A DNA stretch of 64,000 nucleotides from Candidatus Latescibacterota bacterium. Lineage in GTDB: Bacteria > Latescibacterota > UBA2968 > UBA8231. The position numbers and the translations under genes are program-made. Location: contig OZ242214.1 in assembly GCA_965206595.1 (NCBI GenBank), positions 5,184,001 to 5,248,000 on the forward strand. Reading direction: 5' to 3'. Positions 33,736 through 43,652 of the stretch are shown here, piece after piece. The notes under the pieces were generated by a model. It saw nothing but the letters and a program-made list of their open reading frames with translations. It was not told the DNA's origin and did not search any database. Position 1 is the first letter of the stretch, and each line of letters begins with the position of its first letter.

Positions 33736-35085
33736 ATGAAAACGGTGAAATTCGGCGGCAGCTCCTTGGCGACATCCTCGTCGGTCCGCACAGTCGCCGA
33801 CATCATTCGGGCAGACGAACAGCGCCGACTCGTCGTCGTATCGGCCCCCGGCAAACGCAGTGCCGGCGACGTCAAGGTCACCGATCTGTTGATCGCCGCC
33901 GCCGAGGCGCGCCTGACGAACAGGAGCGGCCGCGAGGAAATGGAACGGGTCGTGGCCCGCTTCGCAGAGATCGCCGGGGGTCTCGGGCTCGCGTCGTCAT
34001 CGATCCAGACGATCGCCGCCGACCTCGAAGCCCGGCTGCAGTCCGACCCTGGAGACGAAGAACTGTTTACGGACACCCTGAAGGCGGCCGGCGAAGCGAA
34101 CTGCGCCCGTCTGGTGGCGGAGTACCTCTGTGCCCAAGGTACCGAGGCCCACTACGTCGGCCCGCTGGAAGGCGGCATGATGCTGTCGGAGGAGCCGGGC
34201 AACGCCCGCGTCCTGCGCCAATCGTACGGCAAACTCAGAAACCTGCGAGAGCGCCCTGGCATCACCCTCTTTCCCGGGTTCTTCGGCTACGCGGAGAGCG
34301 GGAAGCTGGTCACGTTTCCGCGCGGGGGCTCCGATATCACCGGGGCGATCCTCGCCGCGGCCATCGACGCCGAGCTCTACGAGAATTTCACCGATGTCGA
34401 CTCCGTGTTCGCCGCCAGGCCCCAACATGTCGACAACCCGCGCGGCGTTCCGGAGATCACCTACCGGGAGATGCGAGAGCTGTCGTACGCCGGTTTTTCG
34501 GTGTTTCACGACGAAGCGCTCGAGCCGGTTTTTCACGCCGGGATTCCGGTTGCGGTGAAAAACACCAACAACCCCGACGCTCCCGGAACCCGCATAGTCC
34601 GGTCCCGAACGGTCGCCGAGGATCCCGTCGTCGGCATCGCCGCAACAGGCGGTTTTTGCAGCATGTACGTCAGCAAGTACCTGATGAACCGGGAGGTCGG
34701 CTTCGGACGGCGGCTGCTCCAGATCTACGAAGACGAGGGGATGCCGTTCGAGCACACCCCGTCGGGAATCGACAACATCTCCGTGATTGTCCGGGAGGAG
34801 TACCTGAACCACGCGGTCGAAGAACGGGTCGTCCGCCGTATTCGCACCGAGCTCGAAGCGGACGAGGTTTCGGTTGAGCGCGGGCTGGCTCTGGTGATGG
34901 TAGTCGGTGAAGGGATGCGTCACACCATCGGGCTGGCGGCGCGGGCGACGTCGGCGATCGCTCGCGCCCGGGTCAACCTGGAAATGATCAACCAGGGGTC
35001 CAGCGAGGTCAGCATGATGTTCGGCGTCAAGGAAGCCGACGTGGCCGCGGCAGTTCAGTCGCTCTATGCGGAGTTTTTCGGTTAG
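33736..35085 (+). CDS. Aspartate kinase (YclM/AK III-like)
   Basis: VKFGGSS, VVSAPGKR, RGGSDITG, FTDVD and C-terminal ACT domains. Confidence 0.93.
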   Translation: MKTVKFGGSSLATSSSVRTVADIIRADEQRRLVVVSAPGKRSAGDVKVTDLLIAAAEARLTNRSGREEMERVVARFAEIAGGLGLASSSIQTIAADLEARLQSDPGDEELFTDTLKAAGEANCARLVAEYLCAQGTEAHYVGPLEGGMMLSEEPGNARVLRQSYGKLRNLRERPGITLFPGFFGYAESGKLVTFPRGGSDITGAILAAAIDAELYENFTDVDSVFAARPQHVDNPRGVPEITYREMRELSYAGFSVFHDEALEPVFHAGIPVAVKNTNNPDAPGTRIVRSRTVAEDPVVGIAATGGFCSMYVSKYLMNREVGFGRRLLQIYEDEGMPFEHTPSGIDNISVIVREEYLNHAVEERVVRRIRTELEADEVSVERGLALVMVVGEGMRHTIGLAARATSAIARARVNLEMINQGSSEVSMMFGVKEADVAAAVQSLYAEFFG

Positions 35086-35128
35086 CCCGACTCCCTGGTA
35101 GAGACAACGGCAAAGGAGAAAACCTGTC

Positions 35129-36232
35129 ATGCCAGCAGAAAAAAAGGGGTTGAATTACGGGGAAGCCGGGGTCGACACGGACGCCGCTCTCGGCGCCCTC
35201 CAACGCCTTCTGTATTGGGTCAATCAGCCGGAACACTGCCGCTACGACTGCAGCTCGGTTGGGAGGGTGGCGCTCGAGTCGGGGTTTTTCGCAACCGTGA
35301 TCGACATCGGAAACCTCGGCCTGGCGATGACGACCGACGGCGTCGGGACCAAGCTGCTGGTTGCCCAGATGATGAAGAAGTACGACACCGTCGGCATCGA
35401 CTGCGTCGCCATGGTCGTAAACGATCTGGTATGCGTCGGGGCGGAACCGGTCTCCATGCTCGACTACATCGCCGTGGAGAAGGCGGATCCGGACGTATTC
35501 GAGCAGATCGGTGTCGGGCTGCAGCGCGGGGCAGAATACGCGAACGTCTCGATTTCCGGAGGGGAAATCGCCCAGGTAAAGGAGATGCTGCGCGGCTACC
35601 GGGAGGGCAGCGGCCTGGACCTGGTCGGCATGGCGATCGGCCTGGTGCCGCTCGAGGAGATGATCGTGGGAGAGGATATAGATGACGGCGACGTGGTGGT
35701 CGGCTTGAAGAGCAACGGCATACACAGCAACGGTTACACCCTGGCTCGCAAGGTCCTGTTCGAGGAAATGGGCTTGACGGTCGATTCCCATGTCCCCGAA
35801 CTGGGTCGCAGCGTAGGTGAGGAGCTGTTGCGCCCTACCGCCATCTATGTGCGCCCGGCCATCGACATGATGCGGGCTGACGTGCGCATCAAGGCATTCA
35901 GTCACATGACCAGCGACGGGTTCCTCAACCTGCTGCGGGTGCGCACGAATACCGGTTTCGTTCTCGACTACCTACCTGAGCCGGATCCCGTGTTTCAGGT
36001 GCTCCAGGAAGGGGGGCGGTTGGCGGACGAGGAGATGTTTCTCGTATTCAACATGGGGGTCGGGTTCGGGGTGGTTACCCCGGAAAAGGATGCAGACGCA
36101 GTTCGCGCCATTGCCCTGCGTCATGGCTTCGAAGCCTGGGTCCTGGGGCGGGCGGCCGGCCATCTAGCGGGTAAAGTAATCGTCGAGCCGCGGCAATTGA
36201 TCGGCGAGAACGACGTATTCCGAAAGATCTGA
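35129..36232 (+). CDS. purM: Phosphoribosylformylglycinamidine cyclo-ligase
   Basis: Y.EAGVD, TDGVGTK, DCVAM.VND, GGE.A, SNGIHSNGY and VFNMGVG. Confidence 0.92.
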   Translation: MPAEKKGLNYGEAGVDTDAALGALQRLLYWVNQPEHCRYDCSSVGRVALESGFFATVIDIGNLGLAMTTDGVGTKLLVAQMMKKYDTVGIDCVAMVVNDLVCVGAEPVSMLDYIAVEKADPDVFEQIGVGLQRGAEYANVSISGGEIAQVKEMLRGYREGSGLDLVGMAIGLVPLEEMIVGEDIDDGDVVVGLKSNGIHSNGYTLARKVLFEEMGLTVDSHVPELGRSVGEELLRPTAIYVRPAIDMMRADVRIKAFSHMTSDGFLNLLRVRTNTGFVLDYLPEPDPVFQVLQEGGRLADEEMFLVFNMGVGFGVVTPEKDADAVRAIALRHGFEAWVLGRAAGHLAGKVIVEPRQLIGENDVFRKI

Positions 36233-36440
36233 GGGTTATCTGCCTTGCCGCCCTGGCAGCGGAAAGCCCGCCCCTAACCAGGGAAAGGCTTCCGGGGGAA
36301 ACCGGGACACCACTCCCGCCCTTGGTGCATACGTTTACTTGGAGACGTATACAGTGGCCTGGGTTTGGTTTATGTCAGGGTAATCGCGAAGGCGGTAACA
36401 GCGGCATTTTGTGGAGTTTTAAATTGCCGGGGATGGATGG

Positions 36441-37520
36441 TTACTTCCAAACCGGCCCGAACTTGGGCTGCCTCGGCTCGCGGTCCCGCAACAGGCGGAT
36501 TCTGGAATCGCGTAGCGGCAAGTGAATTCGTTTCCCTCCCTGCAGATGTGACTCGATGAAGGCGAAGATCAGTTCCGTGCTCTGGTGAGCGGACCGGACC
36601 CCGCCGCGTGGGGGGTCGCCGGTGTCGAGGGAATGCGCGAGATCCTCGATTATTGCCTGTGTGCTGCTCGTCTCCACGAGGTCCATTGAAGTGCGCTCGA
36701 TCTGGGACCGTCCGGCGACTTCGAGGGTGCTGACCACTTCCCACAGATTCTCCGGTTCCTGGCCCAGAACCGAGCCCCCTTCACAGATCAGTTCGAACCG
36801 GAGTCCGCGGCCCGTGTTGAGCGCATAGCCGTAGGCCCCGTCGGAGAATCGGAAAATACCTTCGCCTACCGGGTCCTCTGTGAGGATGTCTCCGTCGAAG
36901 AGATCCTCTTCGGGGTCGCGAAGAAACCCTTGGACCCAGTCGACGGGGACGTCGCCGTGGAGCCGAAGCATGAGGTCGATTGTATGGCTGGCACTGTTGA
37001 AAAGCGTCCCCGTACAATGCGAGACGATGGCCTGCAGGGAGCCCAGGCGTCCGCTGGCGACCACTTCCCTGAGTTGATCCCACCGGGCGTCCCAGCGGCG
37101 GTTTGTGCCGATGTTGAAGAATACTCCCTTTGCTTCGCATGCTGCCACCAAGGCATCGGCTTCCGCCATCGAAGCAGCCATCGCTTTTTCGGCGTAGATC
37201 GCCGACGCACCTGCCTCGACAGCATCCAGGACGATCTGGGCTCGGTGTTCCGGTTGCGTGGCGACGCTGACGATGTCGGGCTTTTCCCGGGCAAGCATCT
37301 CCCGGTAATTGCGGTACTGGTGGTCAGCCGGGACTCCGTAACGCTCTCCCGCCTTGGCCAGTACCTCCTCCCGGGTGTCGGAAAGGGCAATCAATTCTGT
37401 ACGGCAGGAGGCTTCATATCCGGCCGCGTGGGAATAGGCGAACTGCCTGTTGCCTTCATTGTCGATAAATGCCCCCATTCGGCTGCAGCCGATCAGTGCT
37501 GCCCGATAGACTTCCATCAT
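36441..37520 (-). CDS. Gfo/Idh/MocA family oxidoreductase
   Basis: N-terminal IGCSRMG, PDIVSVAT and AEKAMA. Confidence 0.88.
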   Translation of the reverse strand: MMEVYRAALIGCSRMGAFIDNEGNRQFAYSHAAGYEASCRTELIALSDTREEVLAKAGERYGVPADHQYRNYREMLAREKPDIVSVATQPEHRAQIVLDAVEAGASAIYAEKAMAASMAEADALVAACEAKGVFFNIGTNRRWDARWDQLREVVASGRLGSLQAIVSHCTGTLFNSASHTIDLMLRLHGDVPVDWVQGFLRDPEEDLFDGDILTEDPVGEGIFRFSDGAYGYALNTGRGLRFELICEGGSVLGQEPENLWEVVSTLEVAGRSQIERTSMDLVETSSTQAIIEDLAHSLDTGDPPRGGVRSAHQSTELIFAFIESHLQGGKRIHLPLRDSRIRLLRDREPRQPKFGPVWK

Positions 37521-37788
37521 TTCCTCCTATTGTCGATAATTGATAAAATAAATAGCTGAAAATGGCCCAAAGTGTGCAGTATTCAACGGTACTTTTCCAC
37601 AATCGTGTTGATATGTGGAAATCCCACAGAAACAGGTTTGATTCCTGTCTTTGAATCCAGGCAGTTTCCGGTATCTGACTTCATGGCCGGAGACCGGTCG
37701 AATCTCGAAAACCTGGGCGGTGAGCGCCGAAATTAAATTATCGTCGAACTCGATTTTTAGTAATAGCCCTTGAAGCAAGCGAGGATAG

Positions 37789-38949
37789 GTGGATAGATCT
37801 GTAAGCGATCGCGCCGGGAAGGTCGAGAAGCAGCGTGATGGGCATCTCGGATTTTTCCCGAACCCGCTTCCACCCCGAATAGAGGTGGGACCTTCGCTTT
37901 GGAATCGGCTCGGGGAAGCCGAGCGCGCCCTGGGCTGGATTTCCGGCTGGGCTGCCCATCTCGATGGTGCCGCTCCCTATGCCGCTTTGGCACTTAGGAA
38001 GGAAGCGGTTATGGCCGCACGGCTCGAGGGCAATCCGGTGGCGCTTTCCGACTTGCTTTGGTATTCCCTCGACGGCGCCGAGGCCGAAGGCCTGCAATCG
38101 GCTCCCGGAGCGGTTCAGGCAGCCCTCAACTACGTCCATGCTGCGGAACACCTGCTGCCAGCCGTGCGGAGCAAAGGTGTTTCAACCTTCACTCTCCGGC
38201 AGGCGCACCTGAAACTCTACGAGGGGTTGCAAGGGAGAGACGAAACCCCGGGCAACTACCGTTCGGGGGAGATCTGGATCGGGCCCTCCGGCAGCACGGC
38301 GCACGATGCCCACTTCGTCCCCCCTCCTCACCGGCAGATTCCCCGGATGATTCAGGAGCTCGACCGCTTCCTGCAACAGGACCGGACAACGCCGCCGCTG
38401 GTTGCCGCCGGGCTGGTTTACTATCAGCTGGAGACCGTCCACCCCTTCGTCGACGGAAACGGCAAGGTCGCCCGTCTCTCGGTGCAGTTGTTGCTCGGGA
38501 GGGAGCCCGGGTCCTGGCCGCAGTTCGTCAGTCTTGCATCGATCTTCGGACGCGATCCCCGCGACCACTTCGAGCGCCTGCAGCGGGTGCGCTTGCAAGG
38601 GGATTGGGAAGGGTGGATCAGCTATTTCCTGGAATGTATTCGCGAAGCGGCAGAGGAGGGAGCGAAATTGCTGACCTGGCTGGTCCGGCTTCGTTCCGAG
38701 CACCGCGAGCTGCTGCGCAGGGAACTTGGGGGTACGGCCGGCCCGGCGGTGGCCCTGCTCGACGCCCTGTTTTCCCAGCCTTTGACAAGTGTCGCCGCCG
38801 CGGCCGAGATCACCGGGCGCACGTTCGCCAACACCAACAACCTGATGGCGCGGCTCGAAAGCTGGGGACTGCTGACCGAGATCAGCGGCCGTCGTCGTCA
38901 TCGCCGCTTCTGCTACCAACCCTTTTTGACCCTCATGAAATCCGGTTGA
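37789..38949 (+). CDS. Fic family protein with Fic_N and C-terminal HTH-like domain
   Basis: KEAV..ARLEG, PGNYR and HPFVDGNGKVAR; C-terminal EISGRRR.R.F.Y. Start uncertain. Confidence 0.9.
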   Translation: MDRSVSDRAGKVEKQRDGHLGFFPNPLPPRIEVGPSLWNRLGEAERALGWISGWAAHLDGAAPYAALALRKEAVMAARLEGNPVALSDLLWYSLDGAEAEGLQSAPGAVQAALNYVHAAEHLLPAVRSKGVSTFTLRQAHLKLYEGLQGRDETPGNYRSGEIWIGPSGSTAHDAHFVPPPHRQIPRMIQELDRFLQQDRTTPPLVAAGLVYYQLETVHPFVDGNGKVARLSVQLLLGREPGSWPQFVSLASIFGRDPRDHFERLQRVRLQGDWEGWISYFLECIREAAEEGAKLLTWLVRLRSEHRELLRRELGGTAGPAVALLDALFSQPLTSVAAAAEITGRTFANTNNLMARLESWGLLTEISGRRRHRRFCYQPFLTLMKSG

Positions 38950-39018
38950 TGCCGGCCCACTTGGTTCCTGTTCGTAAGGTAAGCGGGCGAATTCACAGCG
39001 GAACTGAGCGCGAGGACA

Positions 39019-40095
39019 CTAGACGTGGAAGACGTATAGATCGCGATCGGCGATCGGAAGATCGACCCAACTTCCGCCGCGGCGATGGCTTTCGGCAACC
39101 GCCAGCGTGGCTTCGGTGATATGGTGGGTGACATCGACGTGGCCGCGCGTCGGCCTGGCGTTCTCATAGGCCTCGACGAGATCCTCAAGGCAGGAGACCG
39201 TGGCGCTCTTGGGGGGCAACACCGGCAGCTCACAGCCATCCCAGCCGTAGCGGTCTCCTCCTTCCCCACGCCGCATTACCGCACCGGCGCCGTTGTCCAG
39301 CGAGCGGACCATGCCCTCGGTGCCCAGCACCTCGAACTGCCAGTTTCCCGCAGGGATCGACCAGCCGCGTACCCCGTTTTCGAACAGCAGCTCGTAGGTC
39401 CCGAGGGGGTCGTGGGGAATGAAGCTTTCCTCGATGTGGAGGTCTCTCGGGTCGAGTTCTCCCCGCACCTGGGTGATTGCGGGGTCGCCGATCAGCCAGG
39501 ACAGGGTGTCGATCGAATGGATGTGTCCGTGCAGCAGGCTCGAAACGGCGTAGTGAACGACAGCAACCGGGTCGCCGATCTCCCCTTTGAGGACGGCCTC
39601 GCGAACCGGGTCGTAGCGTACGTCGAAGCGCCGGAGAACCCCCGAGTTGAAGAGGGTACCGTTGCGCTTTACGGCATCTCGCAACTCGTCGCATCGCCGC
39701 ATCGAGCAGGCGACCGCTTTCTCGACGAACAGCATCGGGACTCCGAGGTCGGCCAGGGCAACGGTGAGATCGGCGTGGGCGTCGCCCCGGAACTCGGGTG
39801 AAGGCGCCTCGTTGCCAGGTTTCTGCAAGCCTGTCGCCGTCGTGCAGACGGCAACGATGTCGGGGCTCTCGCCCCGGACCATTTCAGCGTAGTCCTCGTA
39901 CACCGGGACCCCGTAGCGCTCGGCAAATCCGCTGCGCCTGTCGGCGAGCAGGTCGCAGCCGGCGGCCAGTTCGAGGCGCTCGCTCGCAAGCGATGAATTT
40001 GCGATGGAATAAGGCAGATCCCTGTTGGGCTGCTGATCGTCGATATAGGATCCCATTCGTCCCAGGCCGAGAACGCCGACGCGATAGGTCTTCAC
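39019..40095 (-). CDS. Gfo/Idh/MocA family oxidoreductase
   Basis: VGVLGLGRMG, PDIVAVCT and VEKAVA. Confidence 0.88.
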   Translation of the reverse strand: MKTYRVGVLGLGRMGSYIDDQQPNRDLPYSIANSSLASERLELAAGCDLLADRRSGFAERYGVPVYEDYAEMVRGESPDIVAVCTTATGLQKPGNEAPSPEFRGDAHADLTVALADLGVPMLFVEKAVACSMRRCDELRDAVKRNGTLFNSGVLRRFDVRYDPVREAVLKGEIGDPVAVVHYAVSSLLHGHIHSIDTLSWLIGDPAITQVRGELDPRDLHIEESFIPHDPLGTYELLFENGVRGWSIPAGNWQFEVLGTEGMVRSLDNGAGAVMRRGEGGDRYGWDGCELPVLPPKSATVSCLEDLVEAYENARPTRGHVDVTHHITEATLAVAESHRRGGSWVDLPIADRDLYVFHV

Positions 40096-40528
40096 AGTAC
40101 GAACCTTTCCGGAAAGCGGGGTGAAGGAACAAGGGTGAGCTGTCGGGTGAGCAAGATGTGCAACAACGCGGACGCTCTCAAGCAGGCTTTCAGAAACCAG
40201 GGAACCACGGGCAGGTGTGTTCGGGTAGGGTCCGAAAAGCGAGGGCCCCGTCCCGGCGCAGGCGGTGCAGACAGTGTTCAGGTCCAGTAGCCGTGAGGGG
40301 TGAAGTTCTGGAGAAGGTCATGTTGACGACGCAGGTCGCCGGTCTCACCGAGGCTATACGATCACATAGTCGACCAGGCCTGTGCCGGTGGGGAGGATCC
40401 CGACAGGCGGTTTTACGATTGGCGACGTCCTGTGGCGCGACCCTCTGTTTCTGGATCTCGTCGACTGGCCTTCCACCCTGCCGAAGGTGTGGGGAATTCT
40501 GGGGTGGAACATCCAGAGGGCCGGAGGC

Positions 40529-40558
40529 CCAACGTATACTACAAAAAGTATACGTTGG
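40529..40558. repeat. Perfect 12-bp inverted repeat
   Basis: CCAACGTATACT-ACAAAA-AGTATACGTTGG. Confidence 0.9.
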
Positions 40559-40652
40559 AGGCGTTGGGCTCGGCGAAAATGCAGCAGAAGGTAGAAAGAG
40601 CTGTGAAAATCCAACAAGGGAAAAAGACAGTTATCCACACCTGCCCTGTGGG

Positions 40653-41036
40653 CTACCAGGCTTTTTCCACAGAGACCTCCGGAATCGGATACCTCATCTG
40701 GTTGAGGCTGAAGATGCGGCCGCCCGTACGGATGGCGGTAGCGGCGAGAAAAGCGGCGCCCAGGTCGATCCCGTAAGTCGGGTTCCACTGCCGGTACAAG
40801 CCCGCCGCGGTGTCGGCGATTGCCTGATCGATCGGAGCGGTTTTGAAGCCGCTGAGGAACAGGTGGGTGCTTTCCTCTTCCCCCAAATGCATCGAAGAGA
40901 GGATTTCGCTACGGTCGAGGGCGCCAATCCACGGTTCATATGCGGGGTTGGCGGCCAGTTTTCTCAGGAATTTCAAGGCTTTGCGTTTTCCCCGTAGGTG
41001 ACGGATGAGAATCTCGGAATCGACGTAGGCTCTCAT
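40653..41036 (-). CDS. VapC/PIN-domain toxin
   Basis: MRAYVDSEILI...RSEIL...FLAATA...SLN; ATG 41036 overlaps the antitoxin stop. Confidence 0.85.
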   Translation of the reverse strand: MRAYVDSEILIRHLRGKRKALKFLRKLAANPAYEPWIGALDRSEILSSMHLGEEESTHLFLSGFKTAPIDQAIADTAAGLYRQWNPTYGIDLGAAFLAATAIRTGGRIFSLNQMRYPIPEVSVEKAW

Positions 41037-41299
41037 TCGGCCACCTCCCGGCGTGGCAATGAATCGCTGAGAATGGCCCGATTCTGCTGCGTTGTTTCGA
41101 TGACGCTTTCGGTGCGTTCCCAAGCCCCGAAGGTCTGCGTGAACACGTCGAGGTTGCCGGTTTCCGACTCGACTTCCTCGGCATAGCGGGAAATCGCCTT
41201 TTCAATCAAGGCTTTCTTGGTACCCCCGAGCCTGCGCATGAGCTGATCGAGGCGGTGGATTACGGATTCGTCTACGCGGACAGACAGGACGCGGTCCAT
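41033..41299 (-). CDS. Ribbon-helix-helix antitoxin (VapB-like)
   Basis: VLSVRVDES...KKALIEKAI; GGAGGGAG RBS; directly upstream of the PIN gene. Confidence 0.8.
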   Translation of the reverse strand: MDRVLSVRVDESVIHRLDQLMRRLGGTKKALIEKAISRYAEEVESETGNLDVFTQTFGAWERTESVIETTQQNRAILSDSLPRREVAE

Positions 41300-41540
41300 G
41301 GGCAGGCTCCCTCCAAGTCATGTGGTGTGTATACGCATGTACGTAAACGTACGCACGGACACTTTAGCCCTGCAACCATCGCCGATGAAGCAGTCAATGG
41401 ATTGACCGGTGCGGGATCCGGGGATATCTCCGCCTCCTGTGGTCAGGAGAGCATCGGGGGCGAAGGTTGCCCCATGACATGCGGGATGCGCATAATTGCG
41501 GTGCCGTAGAAAAGGCGGCCGCGGTCCGGTCGCGAACAGC

Positions 41541-41588
41541 AGCGCGAGACGAAATACCGGCTTGAGCGCGAGACGAAATACCGGCTTG
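41541..41588 (+). repeat. 24-bp tandem duplication
   Basis: AGCGCGAGACGAAATACCGGCTTG occurs twice in tandem. Confidence 0.95.
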
Positions 41589-41621
41589 TCAGACGGTGAG
41601 CCGAAAGAGGAAGGAAGCGCC

Positions 41622-42425
41622 ATGACAGGTGGTGAATTCGACCGTCATTGCGAGAACGTCGAAAAAGACGGGTACACGGTTCTGCCGGCTGCGTTGACCG
41701 GCGAGGAGTGCGATGCGGCCACGGTGGAGCTGGAGCGGCTGGCAGCGGAAAAGGACCGTGGCGGGCTCGAGTGCGTTTTCAACAAGGCGCCTGTCTTTGA
41801 AAGGGCCTACCAGGTTCCCTCCGTGTTGGGGCTGCTCCGCCACTATCTGGGAGGAGATGCAGTCCTGTGTTCCGTTCACGGTTCCGTCATCGAGCCTGGC
41901 CAGGGTGGCGGGGGGTTGCACGCCGACGGTGAGGTTACCGGCCACCTGCGGTCTCGATCCCAGGCAGCGGCGGACAAGGGGCGCCGCATCACATCTCACG
42001 CGATGTCGATCAACACGATCTACTGTGTCGGAAAATTCACCGCGACCAATGGCGCCACCCAACTGGTCCCGGGCAGCCACAAGGTCGAGTCGCTCGAGAT
42101 CCCGGAGGACGCCGTCGAACAGGCTCGCATCATTGAAGCCGAACGGGGATCGGCGATCCTGTTTCACGCCAATATCTGGCACGGCAGCTCGAAGAACAGA
42201 AGCTCGCAAAGGCGTTACGCGATGATCGCGCCCTGGCGGCGCAACTGGTCGCGGGGGCCGTACGAGCTGTGCCGCATGGTCGAGCCGGAGGTTCTGGAGC
42301 GCGCCGGAGCGGAAGGGAAGCGGGTATTCGGCTTCGATGCCCTGCAGCCCTACCTCGAACTCTGGCAATGGGACCGCGAAACGGGTGAGCCGAAGCCAGA
42401 GTTCAGAGAGCTGAAACGGGATTGA
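41622..42425 (+). CDS. Phytanoyl-CoA dioxygenase (PhyH) family 2OG-Fe(II) oxygenase
   Basis: DGYTVL, LHADG (HxD), NGAT.LVPGSH and WHG..N.S..R; ATG 41622 follows GAGGAAGG. Confidence 0.9.
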   Translation: MTGGEFDRHCENVEKDGYTVLPAALTGEECDAATVELERLAAEKDRGGLECVFNKAPVFERAYQVPSVLGLLRHYLGGDAVLCSVHGSVIEPGQGGGGLHADGEVTGHLRSRSQAAADKGRRITSHAMSINTIYCVGKFTATNGATQLVPGSHKVESLEIPEDAVEQARIIEAERGSAILFHANIWHGSSKNRSSQRRYAMIAPWRRNWSRGPYELCRMVEPEVLERAGAEGKRVFGFDALQPYLELWQWDRETGEPKPEFRELKRD

Positions 42426-42505
42426 GCGGAATGAGCGAAACCGCTGAACCACAATTTACCGCGAACGAGTTCGGAAATGAGGGACGCAACCGAGCCGGCG
42501 GGCAA

Positions 42506-43610
42506 GTGAACGATATCGCCTACGTAGAATTCGACGGTGTCAGCAAGAGCTACGACGGACGCACTCTGGTCGTCGGAAACATCAATTTCAGCGTCCGCAA
42601 GGGGGAGTTCCTGACCCTGCTGGGACCGTCCGGCTCGGGCAAGACGACCTGTCTGATGATGCTGGCCGGATTCGAAGTGCCCACCTCGGGCGCCATCCGC
42701 ATCGACGGCCGCTCCGTGCATGCTCTGCCGCCGCGCAAGCGTGGCATCGGCATGGTGTTTCAGAACTACGCGATCTTCCCGCACATGACGGTGGGCCGCA
42801 ACCTCGCCTTTCCCCTCGAAGTGCGCGGGTTTGACCGCGAGCAGTGCCGTGACCGCGTGGAGCGAGCCCTGCAGCTGGTCCGCCTCGAAGGCCTGGCGGA
42901 CCGGCGGCCGGCCCAGCTCTCCGGCGGACAGCAGCAACGCGTGGCGATCGCCCGGGCGCTGATATTCGATCCTGACCTGGTGCTGATGGACGAACCGCTC
43001 GGCGCCCTCGACCGGCGCCTGCGCGAGGAGATGCAGTACGAGATCAGGCGCATCCACCAGAGCCTCGGCGTGACCGTGGTGTACGTCACCCACGACCAGC
43101 AGGAGGCGATGGTGATGTCGGACCGGATCGCCGTGCTGCGGCGGGGGGGGCATCGAGCAGATCGCCGAACCGGAGGCCCTCTACGAAGAGCCGGAGAGTT
43201 CGTTCGTCGCCCGTTTCATCGGCGAGAACAACCGCCTGCACGGCCGGGTGACCACGGTCAGCGAGGACATCTGTACAGTGGAAAGCGGCGGTCAGACCAT
43301 CCGGGCGCTGCGCGTCGTGCCCTGCCGGCCCGGCGACGCAACCACCCTGTCGATTCGCCCGGAGCGCGTTGCCATCGCCCCCGAGCCGGGCATGTACAGT
43401 AATGAGCTCGACGCCGCCATCGAGGACATCACCTTTCTCGGCGACCACCTGCGCCTGCGCCTGAAGGTGTGCGGGAGCTCGGACTTCATCGCCAAGATCC
43501 CCAACGTCGTCGGGCACGGCGCCGTGCTGGAGGGCGACCGCATCCGCATCGGCTGGACGCCGACGGACTGCCGGGTTCTGGACCCGGATGAGGACGAGGA
43601 CAGGCCGTAA
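42506..43610 (+). pseudogene. PotA-like ABC ATP-binding protein, frameshifted
   Basis: GPSGSGKT, LSGGQQQR and LMDEP. G8 run at 43143-43150 (G7 restores the frame); TOBE domain lies in ORF 43248-43610. Confidence 0.85.
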
Positions 43611-43652
43611 CCTTCCCTTCCTGCCCGGCCGGACATGCCGGAGCGTTGATCC

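Noticed and set aside
41541-41588. 24-bp direct repeat as a possible CRISPR
   Set aside because: Only two adjacent copies, no spacer and no cas genes; a simple tandem duplication.
43143-43150. G8 tract in potA as a phase-variation switch
   Set aside because: The other transporter genes are also broken, including by a deletion; decay or sequencing error is simpler.
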